From: Thermoflexus hugenholtzii
Lineage (GTDB): Bacteria > Chloroflexota > Anaerolineae > Thermoflexales > Thermoflexaceae
Assembly (NCBI RefSeq): GCF_018771565.1
Contig: NZ_CP076326.1
Coordinates: 2,733,785-2,797,784, forward strand
DNA: 64,000 nt
Direction of reading: 5' to 3'
The notes beneath the pieces were generated by a model. The model was given only the letters and a program-made list of their open reading frames with translations, was not told the DNA's origin and did not search any database. This document shows positions 1 through 8,385 of the stretch, piece by piece. The translations under genes were made by a program, and so were the position numbers. Numbering within the stretch: position 1 is the stretch's first letter; every line of letters starts with the position of its first letter.

Positions 1-1
1 C

Positions 2-1060
2 CGTCCGATCCTCCCCGATGAGGAGGAGGAGCTGGAAAACGAGGAGCTCTGGGGCGAGCCCTGGGACGAAGAGGCCCTTGAGGCGGAGGCGGAATGGGCC
101 GAGCTCGATGAGGAAACCTCCCTCCCGGTCCTGGGCGAGCTGGCGGAGGATCGGGATCTGATCTCCCTGTATTTTCGGGAGGTGACCGACCATCCGTTGC
201 TCACCGCTGAGGAGGAAAAGGAGCTGGCCATGCGGATGGCCCGGGGGCGTGAGGCCGCCCGCCGCTTGGCCCGGGATGGAAACCTCCCGCCCGATGTCCG
301 CCAGCGCCTGGAGCGGCTGGTGGAAGAGGGCCGCCAGGCCCGGGAGAAGCTGATCACCTCGAACTTCCGCCTGGTCATCAGCGTGGCGAAGAAATATCAG
401 GGCCTCGGCGTGCCCCTGCTCGATCTGATCCAGGAAGGGAACCTGGGTCTGATGAAGGCCGTGGAGCGCTTCGACCCCAAGCGGGGCCGCCGCTTCTCGA
501 CCTATGCCACCTGGTGGATCCGCCAGGCCATCACCCGGGCCCTGGCCATGCAAGCGCGCACCATCCGCTTGCCCATCCACGCCCAGGAGCAGCTGCGCAA
601 GGCACAGCGGATCGCCCATCAGATCGAGCAGGAGGCCGGCCGCCCGGCCACGCCGGAGGAGGTGGCGGAACGGATGGGCACGGCCACCGATAAGGTGGAG
701 TGGCTCTGGAACGCCGCCCGGCCTCTGCTCTCCCTGGAGGAGCCGATGGACGAGGAGGGAGAGACCACCCTGGAGGGAGCGATCCGGGACGCCGAGAGCC
801 CGGCTCCCGATGAGGTGGTCGCGGACCAGCTCTTGCGGGAGCAGATCGAGGAGCTGCTCAATGAGCTCCCGAGCCGCCACGCCCGCGTGTTGCGCCTCCG
901 CTACGGCTTTGAGGACGGCCGTTCCTACACCCTGGAGGAGGTCGCCCAGCGGTTCGGCCTCAGCCGGGAGCGGATCCGCCAAATCGAGGCGGAAGCGCTG
1001 CGCTACCTGCGCAAGCAGATGAAGGTCCGCCAGATGCGGGAGTTCCTCAAGGCTGCATGA
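2..1060 (+). CDS. rpoD: RNA polymerase sigma-70 family factor, group 1/2 (RpoD/SigA-like); 5' end lies outside the window
   Basis: ORF 182..1060 stays open in frame back to nt 2 (...DLISLYFREVTDHPLLTAEEE, region 1.2/2.1). Region 2 reads 'EGNLGLMKAVERFDPKRGRRFSTYATWWIRQAITRA'. Region 4.2 HTH reads 'YTLEEVAQRFGLSRERIRQIEAEALRYLR'. Confidence 0.9.
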   Translation, partial: RPILPDEEEELENEELWGEPWDEEALEAEAEWAELDEETSLPVLGELAEDRDLISLYFREVTDHPLLTAEEEKELAMRMARGREAARRLARDGNLPPDVRQRLERLVEEGRQAREKLITSNFRLVISVAKKYQGLGVPLLDLIQEGNLGLMKAVERFDPKRGRRFSTYATWWIRQAITRALAMQARTIRLPIHAQEQLRKAQRIAHQIEQEAGRPATPEEVAERMGTATDKVEWLWNAARPLLSLEEPMDEEGETTLEGAIRDAESPAPDEVVADQLLREQIEELLNELPSRHARVLRLRYGFEDGRSYTLEEVAQRFGLSRERIRQIEAEALRYLRKQMKVRQMREFLKAA

Positions 1061-1085
1061 GCGCGGACACAGATGGTCTCACCTG

Positions 1086-1128
1086 GGGCTGATTTCCCCT
1101 GAGAGGGGAGGTCAGCCCTTTTTGTTTT
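1086..1128 (+). terminator. Intrinsic terminator after the sigma gene
   Basis: Hairpin GGGCTGA-TTT-CCCCT-GAG-AGGGG-AGG-TCAGCCC (1086..1118), directly followed by TTTTTGTTTT. It sits between convergent genes. Confidence 0.7.
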
Positions 1129-1691
1129 CAGCCTCCCCTTCCCTCCCCATCCCTCTCCTGGAGCAGCGACCGCAGGCGGTCCAGGCCCTTCTGCAACCAG
1201 CCCTGGCCCTCCCCTCGGGTCAACCCCAGCCGCCGCTCGATCATCGGGATCGCGCTGGGGGCATGCCCTTCCAGCCCGAAATAGCGAACCACCACCGCGA
1301 AGGCCAGGGGCATCTCCTCCTTCAGGCGTTGCAGGGCATGCTGCAGCGCCTCCAGCTCCTCCCGTGCTTCCACCGTTTCATGGATCCCATCCCCGGACTC
1401 CTCCTCTTCCTCCCACAAGGGGCACTCGGCATGCCCTCTCAGGCGCCGCAGGATCGCCCGACGCAGAAACAGGTCCAGGTGGAGGTAAAGATAGGTGGTG
1501 AAGCGTGCCCGCTCGGGATCCCATCGCTCGACCGCCTCGCAAACGATCCGGAACCCTTCCTGCATCACATCCTCCGGATCCAGCCACGAGGGGAGGTCCA
1601 GGACGCGCAAGAGACGGGTGGCGGCCCGCTCCACGAGTTGCTGGATGCGATCGAAGTCCGCAAAGGCCTGCGCCATGCGGTCCCTGCTCAT
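1128..1691 (-). CDS. ECF-like sigma-70 family factor, divergent from the WXG100/Tad gene train
   Basis: Region 2-like 'DVMQEGFRIVCEAVERWDPERARFTTYLYLHLDLFLRRAI'. Region 4-like 'LAFAVVVRYFGLEGHAPSAIPMIERRLGLTRGEGQGWLQKGLDRLR'. Start set at the internal ATG (cat at 1689..1691, MSRDRMAQ...), because the upstream 68 codons of the ORF look non-coding. Confidence 0.7.
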   Translation of the reverse strand: MSRDRMAQAFADFDRIQQLVERAATRLLRVLDLPSWLDPEDVMQEGFRIVCEAVERWDPERARFTTYLYLHLDLFLRRAILRRLRGHAECPLWEEEEESGDGIHETVEAREELEALQHALQRLKEEMPLAFAVVVRYFGLEGHAPSAIPMIERRLGLTRGEGQGWLQKGLDRLRSLLQERDGEGRGG

Positions 1692-1825
1692 CCGGCGCTC
1701 CTCCGGGCGGGATGAAAACGGCCGCACGGAGGGGAGCCGGTCCGGGCGCAGGGCGCCTGCCGTCCATGCGGCCGGTTCCGTCATGATGATAAGCGGTGCC
1801 CCATTCGAACCGGAGATCGCGTTCA

Positions 1826-1847
1826 GAAAAATGGGAAAAATGGGAAC
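1826..1847 (+). promoter_or_regulatory. AT-rich tandem 9-mer (GAAAAATGG x2 plus partial) in the divergent promoter region
   Basis: GAAAAATGG at 1826..1834 and 1835..1843, then GAAC. This is the only AT-rich patch between the ECF-like sigma gene (start 1691) and the first WXG100-like gene (start 1928). A TATCAT -10-like hexamer lies at 1890..1895. Confidence 0.3.
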
Positions 1848-1927
1848 GGGCGTTGAGCGGGGCGGCAACGAGAGAGAGGGGCGACTGTCTATCATCTTAA
1901 TGAGACATCCTCGCGGAGGCGATCGGG

Positions 1928-2230
1928 ATGGGACGGATCTACCAGGTGGATTACGATCAGGCCTTCGCGCTCTGCGCGGAGATGGAGCAGGTCATGGGCG
2001 AGATGGAGGGCGAGACAACGACCATGGGCCGGTCCATCGAGCCGCTGGAACCCCGCTGGGTGCCGCATGGGGCGGCAGCGCGGGCTTACGGCGAAACCCT
2101 GATCCAGCACCTGCGGAAGTGCGTTCAAGAAAACCGCGCGGCGATCGCCGCGCTGCGCCAGGCCCTGAACAACCTGAAAGCCCTGGAGGAGGAGCAGGCG
2201 CGGCGCATGCGATCCCCGCGCGCATATTGA
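1928..2230 (+). CDS. WXG100-like (ESAT-6-like) small helical protein, non-canonical central W-x3-G
   Basis: 100 aa with helix-turn-helix style composition. Central 'EPRWVPHGAAARAY' occupies the position of the WXG turn. It is followed 18 nt later by a canonical WXG100 partner. Confidence 0.55.
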   Translation: MGRIYQVDYDQAFALCAEMEQVMGEMEGETTTMGRSIEPLEPRWVPHGAAARAYGETLIQHLRKCVQENRAAIAALRQALNNLKALEEEQARRMRSPRAY

Positions 2231-2248
2231 GGGCACAAAGGAGGAGCC

Positions 2249-2575
2249 ATGGCGTACGACGAGCCGGCGTCGCGAAAGTGGACGCATTGGCCGAAAGCGA
2301 TCCAGGCCTACCGACGGGGGCTGGAGGAGGAAACCCCTCAGCGTATCGGGATGGAGGTGAGGAGGGCGCTCCTGGAGGAGCTGCCGGGCCTCTGGGCGGG
2401 AGAGGCCGCTCGGGGTTACCTGGAGGAGGCCCAGCGCCGGCTGGAGATCTTCCAGCGCTGGCTGGTGGAAGGCTTGCAGCTCTCCAGGGCGATTGCGGCC
2501 GGGGAAGAACGGATCGCCCAGGCCGTCGCCGAGGTGGAGCAGATGCTGCGATCGCTGCCGGATCCAACGTTGTGA
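2249..2575 (+). CDS. WXG100 family (type VII secretion target-like) protein
   Basis: 108 aa with the central motif 'LPGLWAGEAARGYLEEAQ' (W-A-G followed by an aromatic or helical segment). The size and pairing are typical of Esx-type heterodimers. Confidence 0.65.
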   Translation: MAYDEPASRKWTHWPKAIQAYRRGLEEETPQRIGMEVRRALLEELPGLWAGEAARGYLEEAQRRLEIFQRWLVEGLQLSRAIAAGEERIAQAVAEVEQMLRSLPDPTL

Positions 2576-2585
2576 GGGAGAAGCG

Positions 2586-3704
2586 ATGGGCGCGCAGGAT
2601 CCTCGCGGGCTGCAGGTGGAGCCGGAGGCGGTTCGGGAGATCGCCCGGGCGTTGCGGCGGGGGGCCCGGGAATGGGAGACCCTGGCTCAGCGAGCCCAGG
2701 GGCACGGAAACGCGCTGGGGGAGATCGCCCGGGCGGTGCCCGGGGAACAGTTCCGCGCCTTCTGGGTCCGGCAGTATCCCCGCTGGCAACGGGGCGCGGA
2801 GTATCTGATGCGCATGGCCGAGGTCCTGGAGCGGGCCATGGACCGGCTGGAGGAGGCCTTCCGGATGGCAGCCCGGATGGTGCAGGAGGCCCCTACGGCG
2901 GAGCGCGGGGCGTTGCCCTTCGTGCCCCTCGCCCTGAGCCCGGAGGGGTATCCCCGCGCCGTGGACGCCACCGGACGTCCCCTTCAAAGCCAGTTCGAGG
3001 CCCGCGTCTCCACGGCCCAGCTGCTCCAGCTGGGGGTTTCGGAGGCTTCCCTCCGGTCCTTGCTGGGGCTCCGGGAAGGACAACCGTTGCCGGAGTCCAT
3101 TCCGTGGAGCGCGGCCTGCGGTCCGGTGGGGCTGAGCATGGCCGCCAGCGCGGTGCTGGGCCGCTCCGTCCCGGTGGAGGCGGCGATTGCCAGCACGCTG
3201 CGCACCGCAGATGCTTCGCTTCAGCAATCGATTCGCGAGAACATCCAAGCCCGTCCGGGCAAGGGGAGCCTCGGCTTCTACACCGGGACCCATGACTTGA
3301 TCCGAGCGGCGGGCGAACTGGGGTTAAAGGGAGAGCAAGCTTGGGTGCCGAATGGAGAACAGGATTCGGAGGGGCTGTGGCAGAGCTTGCAGGAGCGCCT
3401 CGGCCGCGGGGAGGCCCTGATGGCCCTGGTGCGCATTCAAGAGAAACGCGGCCTGCAGGTTGGGGATGGTCTTTTGACTCCCCATCAGGCTTCAGACTCC
3501 GTCTCCCACTGGGTGACGGTGCAGAAGCTGGAGGAGGGGCCCGAGGGGCGCTATGTGGTGATCGGCAACCCCTATTTCAACCGCTCCGAGCGCTACCGCT
3601 GGGAGGATTTCCTCGAAGCCGTTGATGATCAGGCCCGGAAAGAGCGATGGTGGATGCTGGCGTTTTCGAAGGGAGAAGGCCAGTCCGGAGGGGGGATGCC
3701 ATGA
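2586..3704 (+). CDS. Two-domain protein: N-terminal WXG/LXG-like helical domain plus C-terminal C39-like (papain-fold) cysteine peptidase domain; candidate T7SS effector
   Basis: Start ATG 2586 follows GGGAGAAG. The N-terminus 'LQVEPEAVREIARALRRGAREWETLAQRA...' forms a helical hairpin. The C-terminus has 'WSAACGPVGLSMAASAVLG' (catalytic Cys context of Peptidase_C39-like proteins) and 'SHWVTVQKL...GRYVVIGNPY' (His and Asn/Asp context). Confidence 0.55.
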   Translation: MGAQDPRGLQVEPEAVREIARALRRGAREWETLAQRAQGHGNALGEIARAVPGEQFRAFWVRQYPRWQRGAEYLMRMAEVLERAMDRLEEAFRMAARMVQEAPTAERGALPFVPLALSPEGYPRAVDATGRPLQSQFEARVSTAQLLQLGVSEASLRSLLGLREGQPLPESIPWSAACGPVGLSMAASAVLGRSVPVEAAIASTLRTADASLQQSIRENIQARPGKGSLGFYTGTHDLIRAAGELGLKGEQAWVPNGEQDSEGLWQSLQERLGRGEALMALVRIQEKRGLQVGDGLLTPHQASDSVSHWVTVQKLEEGPEGRYVVIGNPYFNRSERYRWEDFLEAVDDQARKERWWMLAFSKGEGQSGGGMP

Positions 3705-4855
3705 GCGGGCGGTGGAAGGCGGTGGGACTGGTGGTGGGGTTGCTGCTGGGGGCGTGCGGCGCCCCGGCGGAGCCATCCCCCGGGCCGCGTCCGGGGGCCA
3801 CGGCTCCGGCGAAGGAGGCGGCGGCCTCTCCCTCGCCAGCTCCGACGCGGACCCGTCTCCCCACGCTGACTCCGGCGCCTCTGGCGTTCCGTCCCCAGCC
3901 GCTTCCGGAGGGTTTTCGGACGGGGGATCACTGGCTGGCGGTGCGGGTGGTGCGGGAGTTTGCGAAGGAGCGGACGGCGTATACGGCGGACACGTATGCG
4001 ATCTGGTTCACGGACGGGCAGCGGTGGCTGGGGCCGGTGCCGGAGGTGGGTCTTTACATCACGCGGCTGGAGAGGGCGTTTTGGCGGCGGGCGGGGGATG
4101 GGTGGGAGTTGTGCGCGCGGGTGGCGGTGCAGCCCACGTTGGGGGCGCAGGAGGCGCCGATGGTGTTCTGCGCCCCGGCGCCTTCGGGGGTGGGTCCGAA
4201 GGAGGCTTCTTCGGCCTCTCCGGAGGCGTCGCCGTGCCCGGACGGCCGCTCCCTCTGCGTGAAGCGATCGGACGGTTCCGTCCGATCGCTTCCGTTGCCC
4301 GCGGAGCTGTTCCGGCCGGATCCCTCGCAGAAGATAGAGGAGATCTCCCCACCGGAAGTTGGGACGGAAGGGGTTCGGATGGAGATCCGATACAGGACCA
4401 CGGAGAGAGGAGGGATCGTTGAGACAAGGGTATGGAAACCGGTCTGTGGGGCTCGAGGTCGCTGGGTGGTTTTGGACTTCGCGGTGTATCGGCATCCGTG
4501 GGGCGGCGCCGCGGGCGGTGGGCTCGAACATAGCGAGCTCTACATCGCCGATCTGTCCGCTGAAACGGTGCGTCCGCTGGGCGCCATCGAAGCGCGCGGG
4601 CAGCTCGTAGACGCTTTCCGAGCGGAGGGTCGGATCCCCTTCGTCCGAGGGGACGAACGATTCTCCATGCCGAATCACCTCCTCCCCTATGTGGAGGGAG
4701 GCTGCTCCTCCGATGGATCGTTCCTGCTGTTTGGCACAGAGGCGGATGGGTCCGGAATGCTCGGTTTCCCGCTGTCCTGGGTGGCGCGGCTGGAGGATCG
4801 CGTGATCTATCCCTTGCCGGGGGACCAGGCCCGGTGGGTGGAGAAGAGCCCATGA
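3701..4855 (+). CDS. Lipoprotein, unknown function; translationally coupled to the upstream gene
   Basis: ATG 3701 overlaps the upstream stop (ATGA). The signal and lipobox read 'MSGRWKAVGLVVGLLLGAC'. A Pro/Ala/Thr-rich linker is followed by a globular region with no motif I recognise. Confidence 0.7.
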   Translation: MSGRWKAVGLVVGLLLGACGAPAEPSPGPRPGATAPAKEAAASPSPAPTRTRLPTLTPAPLAFRPQPLPEGFRTGDHWLAVRVVREFAKERTAYTADTYAIWFTDGQRWLGPVPEVGLYITRLERAFWRRAGDGWELCARVAVQPTLGAQEAPMVFCAPAPSGVGPKEASSASPEASPCPDGRSLCVKRSDGSVRSLPLPAELFRPDPSQKIEEISPPEVGTEGVRMEIRYRTTERGGIVETRVWKPVCGARGRWVVLDFAVYRHPWGGAAGGGLEHSELYIADLSAETVRPLGAIEARGQLVDAFRAEGRIPFVRGDERFSMPNHLLPYVEGGCSSDGSFLLFGTEADGSGMLGFPLSWVARLEDRVIYPLPGDQARWVEKSP

Positions 4856-4971
4856 GGGCGGAACGAGGAAAGCCGGCACGCGATGAGCAGGAGGGCGGAG
4901 ACGGTGAGGAGGGGTGCGATCGGCCTGGCCGGGTGCGATGAAACCGGACCGGACGAGGAGGCAAGCGGAGG

Positions 4972-6288
4972 ATGTTCCCGGAGATCCGGGCGGAGACCAT
5001 CGAGTCGCTTCTCCCTACGGAGGCCGCGCTGCCTCTGGAAGCGCTTCGGGCGGCCCTTTCCCGGAACACCGGAGGACGTCCGGCAGGGGTGGCGGATGCC
5101 CTGCGGGCGGCCCAGGAGGTGTTGGGGCCGGCGGCGGCTCCGGCGACGCTGGCCCGGGCTGCCCTGGCCGTTCTGGACTGGGAGGAGCTGTTTCCCATCC
5201 TGAGCGACCCCGCGGTGGAGGATTTCGCCCTTCACCACCGGCGCTATCTGTGGGTCTTCCGGGGTGGGCGCTGGGCGCGCTGGGGGGAGGTGCAGGATCC
5301 GGATCGCCTGATGGGAGGGATCCGCCGGCTGTGTGAGCGCTACGGGATCCGCACGCCGGGGGATGTGAAGCCGGCCGCCGAGGGATCTTTTTCCATCGAT
5401 CTCCCGGATCCCATCGGTTTCCTGACCGTGCGGATCTCCTGGTCGGCCCCGCCGCTGGTCCCCTCGGATTGTTTGACGGTGCGCCTGGCCCGTCCCGGCC
5501 GAGCGCCCGGGCTATCCGATCTGGTGGCGGGAGGGGTGCTCACCCCGGAGGCGGCTCGGTATCTGCTGGGGGTGCTCCGGCGGCGGGGAACCCTGATCAT
5601 CGCCGGGCCGACCGGTTGCGGCAAGACCACCCTGGCCCGGGCGCTGTTGCGGGAGGTGGGCCGGGAGTTCCGCCTGGTGATCATCGAGGACTCCTACGAG
5701 CTGATGGTGTTCTGGGACGGCCGCCCGGATAGCGACCCGGGGAACGTGGTGCACAAGCTCACCCGACAGAAGCTGCCGGGCGAGGAGATCGTCCCCTTCT
5801 CGGCCTTCGATCTGATCGTGATGGCCCTGCGGGAGCGCCCCGACGGCATCGTGGTGGGAGAGGCCCGGGGTCCAGAAGCCTTCGAGATCCTGCGGGCGGC
5901 CAACACCGGCCACGGCCCCCAGGTCACCACGATGCACACCGATAGCGTCCAGCGGGTGTGGTCGCGTTACCTCCAGATGGCCCAGGCCCACCCGGAGGCC
6001 CGGGATCTTCCGGTCCGAACCATCGCCATGATGTTTGCCGAGGCGGTGGCGGCGGTGGTGGTGATGGGTTACCGGGAGGGGCCGGACGGAGGGCAGCGCT
6101 TCGTGGAGGCCATCGCGGAGGTCCTGCCCTTTGTGGAGGGCGATTCCGATCAGCCGGCCCTGCGGACGGTCTTTCAGCGGACGGGGGAGGGGTTGCGACC
6201 GGCTTCCCGGCCGGCTCGGCCGCGCTTTACGGCGGAGGAGCTGGGGCTGACGGATCTGCCCTGGGGGGCCGGCGCAATGGTCTGGTGA
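4972..6288 (+). CDS. cpaF: Tad pilus secretion ATPase (CpaF/TadA, type II/IV secretion ATPase family)
   Basis: Walker A 'IIAGPTGCGKTTLARALL', Walker B-like 'RLVIIEDSYEL', 'IVVGEARGPEAFEILRAANTGH' and the His box 'TTMHTDS'. Confidence 0.85.
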   Translation: MFPEIRAETIESLLPTEAALPLEALRAALSRNTGGRPAGVADALRAAQEVLGPAAAPATLARAALAVLDWEELFPILSDPAVEDFALHHRRYLWVFRGGRWARWGEVQDPDRLMGGIRRLCERYGIRTPGDVKPAAEGSFSIDLPDPIGFLTVRISWSAPPLVPSDCLTVRLARPGRAPGLSDLVAGGVLTPEAARYLLGVLRRRGTLIIAGPTGCGKTTLARALLREVGREFRLVIIEDSYELMVFWDGRPDSDPGNVVHKLTRQKLPGEEIVPFSAFDLIVMALRERPDGIVVGEARGPEAFEILRAANTGHGPQVTTMHTDSVQRVWSRYLQMAQAHPEARDLPVRTIAMMFAEAVAAVVVMGYREGPDGGQRFVEAIAEVLPFVEGDSDQPALRTVFQRTGEGLRPASRPARPRFTAEELGLTDLPWGAGAMVW

Positions 6289-6305
6289 GAGATCGGGGGG
6301 ATCCG

Positions 6306-7268
6306 ATGGATCTGCGGGACGCGGTGGCATTGCTGGCGGGTGCCATTGTGGGGGCGGGGGCGCTGGCCGCCCTGGCCCGCCCGACCGAGGAGGCTCTGAT
6401 CCGGTCCGGCTGGCGGGAACTGGTGCGCCGCCCCTGGCTGGAGGGCATGCTGCGGGCCGCAGGGATCGATCTGCCGCCCACGTTGTTTTTGCAGTTTGCG
6501 GTCCTCTGGGCGGCGGCGGGTGGGCTGATCGGCCTGATGGCGGGGCTGGGTCCCGTGGCCGCCGGGATGCTGGCCTTCTTCGGGGCCAGTTTCTATTTCG
6601 TCCGTGCCCAGGAGCAGGCCGCGACCCGCCGCTTGCTCCTGGCGGGGGAGCTCCTCGTCTTCTTGCGGATGCTGGCAGCCGGGCTGCGGGCCGGCGCGCC
6701 GCGCTCGGAGGCCATCGCGCGGGCCAAGCAAGTATGCGGACCGGTGGCCCGTCGGGCCCTTACGGACCTGGAGGAGCGGCTGGCTCGGGCCGGCGATGCG
6801 CCGGAGGCGCGAACCCGGGCGGTTCAGGAGTGGGCAGCGGCCCTCGCCCATCCGGTGGCCACCTCGGCCGCCCAGGTGTTGCAGGTGTTCATGAGCGGCG
6901 GCGCGGGGGTCTCGGAGATCGTTCAGGTGATCGCGGAGGAGATGGACCGGGTGCGCCGCATCCTGGAGGTCGCCCGGGCCCGGGGGCGCGGGATGCAACG
7001 CCGGATCTATCTCATCATCGTGATGTCCGCGGCGGGCCTGCTCTTGTTGATCGCCTCCGATCCGATGTTCCGCGATCTCCTCCTCGGGGATCCGATCAGC
7101 CCCGTCCTGATCGTGGGCGGATGGTGGGGGGCTTTGATGGTTTCCCAGTGGATAATGGATCGATATTTTTCGATGGAAGAGACGGTGGGCATCGCCCGGG
7201 GAGGCGCCGGCCTGATCCCCACGGACCGCTATGGGAACCCCATCCTGCCCGGCGGGGAAGCCCGATGA
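6306..7268 (+). CDS. tadB: Tad pilus inner-membrane platform protein (TadB-like, T2SSF family)
   Basis: Polytopic membrane protein placed directly after cpaF. Start ATG 6306. N- and C-terminal hydrophobic blocks flank a cytoplasmic helical domain. Confidence 0.7.
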   Translation: MDLRDAVALLAGAIVGAGALAALARPTEEALIRSGWRELVRRPWLEGMLRAAGIDLPPTLFLQFAVLWAAAGGLIGLMAGLGPVAAGMLAFFGASFYFVRAQEQAATRRLLLAGELLVFLRMLAAGLRAGAPRSEAIARAKQVCGPVARRALTDLEERLARAGDAPEARTRAVQEWAAALAHPVATSAAQVLQVFMSGGAGVSEIVQVIAEEMDRVRRILEVARARGRGMQRRIYLIIVMSAAGLLLLIASDPMFRDLLLGDPISPVLIVGGWWGALMVSQWIMDRYFSMEETVGIARGGAGLIPTDRYGNPILPGGEAR

Positions 7269-8167
7269 GCCTGGCGGATCTGGCGGCGCTCCTTGCCGGC
7301 GGGCTGGTCTTGGGAGGGCTGTGGGCGTCCCTCCTGCGGTCGGCGGATCCGATTCGGGCCCGGCCGGAGAGCCCGGATCCGCTGGATCGGGGGACTGCGC
7401 TGCCGGCCTGGCTGACGCCGCTTTATCCCCTCCTGTGGCCGCTGCTGCCTGTCTGGGAGGGCATCGCGCTTCGCCGGGGAGCTCCCTTGGCCGAGCGCAT
7501 CGCCCGCTCTGGATATACGCCTTACGCCACGGTCTCGGCGGTGTGGGCCGCGCGGCTGTGGGGGATGGCCCTGGGCCTTCTGGCGATGATCGGAGGAAGT
7601 CTGCTCACCGGCCTGCTCCTGGGCACCCTGATCCCGGGGATCCTGGGAGGGCTGGCGGCAGGGCTTTACGGGGTGCTGTCTCCGGATCGACGGATCGCGG
7701 CGGCCATCGCCGCCCGGAAGCGGCGGTTTCGGTCGAACATGCTCCTGGTGCTGGCGGCGGCCCGGGGCTTCCTGCGCGGAGGGAGAGCCTGGGATGATGC
7801 CCTCTCCCGGGCAGCGGTGGGAGACGGAGTGTTCGCCAACTGGGCCCGCTTCCTGGTCGCCCGTTACACGGCGCGCGGGGAGGCCGGCCTTCAGGAAGCC
7901 CTCTTCCATGCCCCGGATCCGCGGGATCCTTACCTGATCCGCTTCATGGATGGGGTGCGCGCAGCCATCTCCGGAGGAGCCGGTTTTGAGGTCATCCTCT
8001 CCTCCCTCATCCAGGATCTGGGCTCCGAGATGGAGCAGGAGGTCTCCGAGCGGGTGACGGCCGTCGAGCCCTACGTAATGGCCGCGGGGATCCTGGCCAT
8101 TATGGGCTACATGATCGTCCTGCTCTATCACGTCTTCGCCGGCGGCCAGGACTTGCTCGGCTTCTAA
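7265..8167 (+). CDS. tadC: Tad pilus inner-membrane platform protein (TadC-like, T2SSF family)
   Basis: ATG 7265 overlaps the tadB stop (ATGA). It has the same architecture as TadB, and its position is canonical. Confidence 0.7.
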   Translation: MSLADLAALLAGGLVLGGLWASLLRSADPIRARPESPDPLDRGTALPAWLTPLYPLLWPLLPVWEGIALRRGAPLAERIARSGYTPYATVSAVWAARLWGMALGLLAMIGGSLLTGLLLGTLIPGILGGLAAGLYGVLSPDRRIAAAIAARKRRFRSNMLLVLAAARGFLRGGRAWDDALSRAAVGDGVFANWARFLVARYTARGEAGLQEALFHAPDPRDPYLIRFMDGVRAAISGGAGFEVILSSLIQDLGSEMEQEVSERVTAVEPYVMAAGILAIMGYMIVLLYHVFAGGQDLLGF

Positions 8168-8193
8168 ATCTTCGCGGTGAGCGGAGGTGATCC

Positions 8194-8385
8194 ATGCAGA
8201 CGTTGTGGGCGTTTCTGACGGAGGAGGAGGGACAGTCCCTGGTGGAGTTCGCCCTGCTGTTCCTCTTCATCGCCGTGGTGGCCGCCCTGGCCCTGCCGGG
8301 CGTCCGCCAGCGCATCCTCAACGCCTTCCGGATCGGCGGCCAGAAGATGGACGAGGCTACGGGAGCGGCGTCAGGAGGAGATTGA
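8194..8385 (+). CDS. flp: Flp/Fap family pilin
   Basis: 63 aa. 'LTEEEG|QSLVEFALLFLFIAVVAALAL' matches the Flp prepilin G/XXXXE[YF] processing motif followed by a hydrophobic helix. Confidence 0.85.
   Translation: MQTLWAFLTEEEGQSLVEFALLFLFIAVVAALALPGVRQRILNAFRIGGQKMDEATGAASGGD

Noticed and set aside
1-181. Non-coding leader upstream of the listed sigma-factor ORF (182..1060)
   Set aside because: The frame stays open to the window edge and encodes an acidic region 1.1/1.2-like sequence that ends in 'DLISLYFREV'. I treat it as part of a 5'-truncated CDS.
1692-1895. N-terminal 68 codons of ORF 1128..1895 as part of the ECF-like sigma factor
   Set aside because: This part is Pro/Ser-rich, runs through the AT-rich promoter-like repeat and has no sigma-region similarity. 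The internal ATG at 1691 gives a normal-length two-domain sigma factor.
4883-5336. ORFs 4883..5203 and 4914..5336 upstream of and overlapping cpaF
   Set aside because: They are Arg/Gly-rich alternative frames of the cpaF 5' region. The cpaF frame has an RBS (GCGGAGG) and continues into unmistakable secretion-ATPase motifs.
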